Source of the DNA: Eledone cirrhosa
Lineage: Eukaryota
NCBI GenBank assembly: GCA_964016885.1
Contig: OZ024742.1
Location: forward strand, 7,130,001-7,194,000
Length of the DNA stretch: 64,000 bases
Direction of reading: 5' to 3'
The position numbers and the translations under genes were made by a program. Under the pieces are notes generated by a model. That model had not been told where the DNA came from, ran no database searches, and saw only the letters and a list, made by a program, of their open reading frames with translations. This document shows, one piece after another, positions 63,501 through 64,000 of the stretch (position 1 is its first letter; every line of letters begins with the position of its first letter).

Positions 63501-63750
63501 ACCGCAACAATGACAATAACAACACAACCAACAACAGCAATAATGACAATAACAACACGACCAACAAAAGCAACAATGACAATAACAACACGACCAACAA
63601 CAGCAACGATGACAATAAAACAAAACCAACAACAGCAACAGTGACAATAACAACACAACCACCAACATCAACAATGACAGTAACAACACAACCAACAACA
63701 GCAACAGTGAAAATAACAACACAACCAACAACAGCAACAATGACAATAAC
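60520..63750. repeat. Higher-order repeats of about 1.2-1.4 kb (offsets 1212 and 1377)
   Basis: ORFs at 60855, 62067 and 63444; the shared variant AGCAACTGTAAC at about 60651 and 61863, and AATTAAGT at about 60823 and 62034. Confidence 0.85.
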
Positions 63751-64000
63751 AACAAAACCAACAACAGCAACAATGACAATAACAACACAACCAACAACAG
63801 CAATAATGACAATAACAACACAACCAACAACAGCAACAATGACAATGACAACACAACCAACAACAGCAACAATGACAATAACAACACAACCAACAACAGC
63901 AATAATGACAATAACAACACAACCAACAACAGCAATAATGACAATAACAACAAAACCAACAACAGCAACAATGACAATAACAACACAACCAACAACAGCA

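Larger units (their letters stand above)
3139..64000. repeat. Giant 33-bp tandem array (minisatellite/satellite), about 1,840 units, more than 60.8 kb, continuing beyond the window
   Basis: Consensus AAC AAC AGC AAC AAT GAC AAT AAC AAC ACA ACC (19 A, 10 C, 2 G, 2 T). Common variants: AGCAAT, AGTGAC, AATATC, AAAACC, ACGACC, GACATT, ATAACC; also length-variant units. One orientation throughout, with no foreign insertion seen. Confidence 0.99.

Noticed and set aside
3029-63644. Giant mucin gene in the TTQPTTATMTI frame
   Set aside because: The frame is broken roughly every 0.2-2.5 kb by 1-bp indels and TAA variants (ACA TAA, ATT AAA TAA) that have been freely amplified. No signal peptide or vWD/SEA/cysteine-knot domains are visible.
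2952-63995. Minus-strand poly-Leu, poly-Val or Cys-rich (metallothionein/keratin-like) ORFs up to 1648 aa
   Set aside because: These are direct translations of the TTG/GTT/TGT-rich complement. They switch frame at each indel, mostly start at non-ATG codons and have no unique sequence.
3139-64000. CRISPR array (33-bp periodic repeat)
   Set aside because: Units are head-to-tail with no unique spacers, no palindromic repeat and no cas genes, and the context is eukaryotic.
3139-64000. Apparent excess of synonymous variants in the Asn frame (AAC/AAT, ACA/ACG, GAC/GAT, AGC/AGT) as evidence of coding selection
   Set aside because: 8 of the 10 C residues sit at third positions in that frame, so ordinary C>T transitions are mostly silent by composition. 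No consensus codon is one step from a stop, and non-synonymous variants are also common.
3139-64000. Telomeric repeat
   Set aside because: No TTAGGG-type units or G-runs; the unit is 33 bp and heterogeneous, with higher-order duplications typical of recombinational amplification.

Overview
Animal (metazoan) genomic DNA. The SINE and the dense (TA)n/(CA)n/(CT)n tracts suggest a cephalopod such as octopus; this is recognition from memory, not a database result. There are two parts. (1) Positions 1-3138 are a mosaic: a perfect 117-bp palindrome carrying half a hammerhead-ribozyme motif; a Penelope-like terminal-repeat remnant whose complete hammerhead appears only after removing a 313-bp non-autonomous Helitron (505-817); compound microsatellites; a 200-N scaffold gap; a tRNA-type SINE with a 12-bp target-site duplication; and a short CpG-richer, promoter-like segment leading into an ATG. 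(2) Positions 3139-64000 are one uninterrupted, single-orientation tandem array of a 33-bp unit (AACAACAGCAACAATGACAATAACAACACAACC), about 1,840 copies, running past the window end. It appears derived from an (AAC)n microsatellite and has nested 0.5-12 kb higher-order duplications and recurrent landmark variants. Almost all ORFs in the track are artefacts, because the unit is stop-free in 5 of 6 frames. No gene can be named. Duplication boundaries inside the array are approximate, read by eye and from ORF-track offsets.
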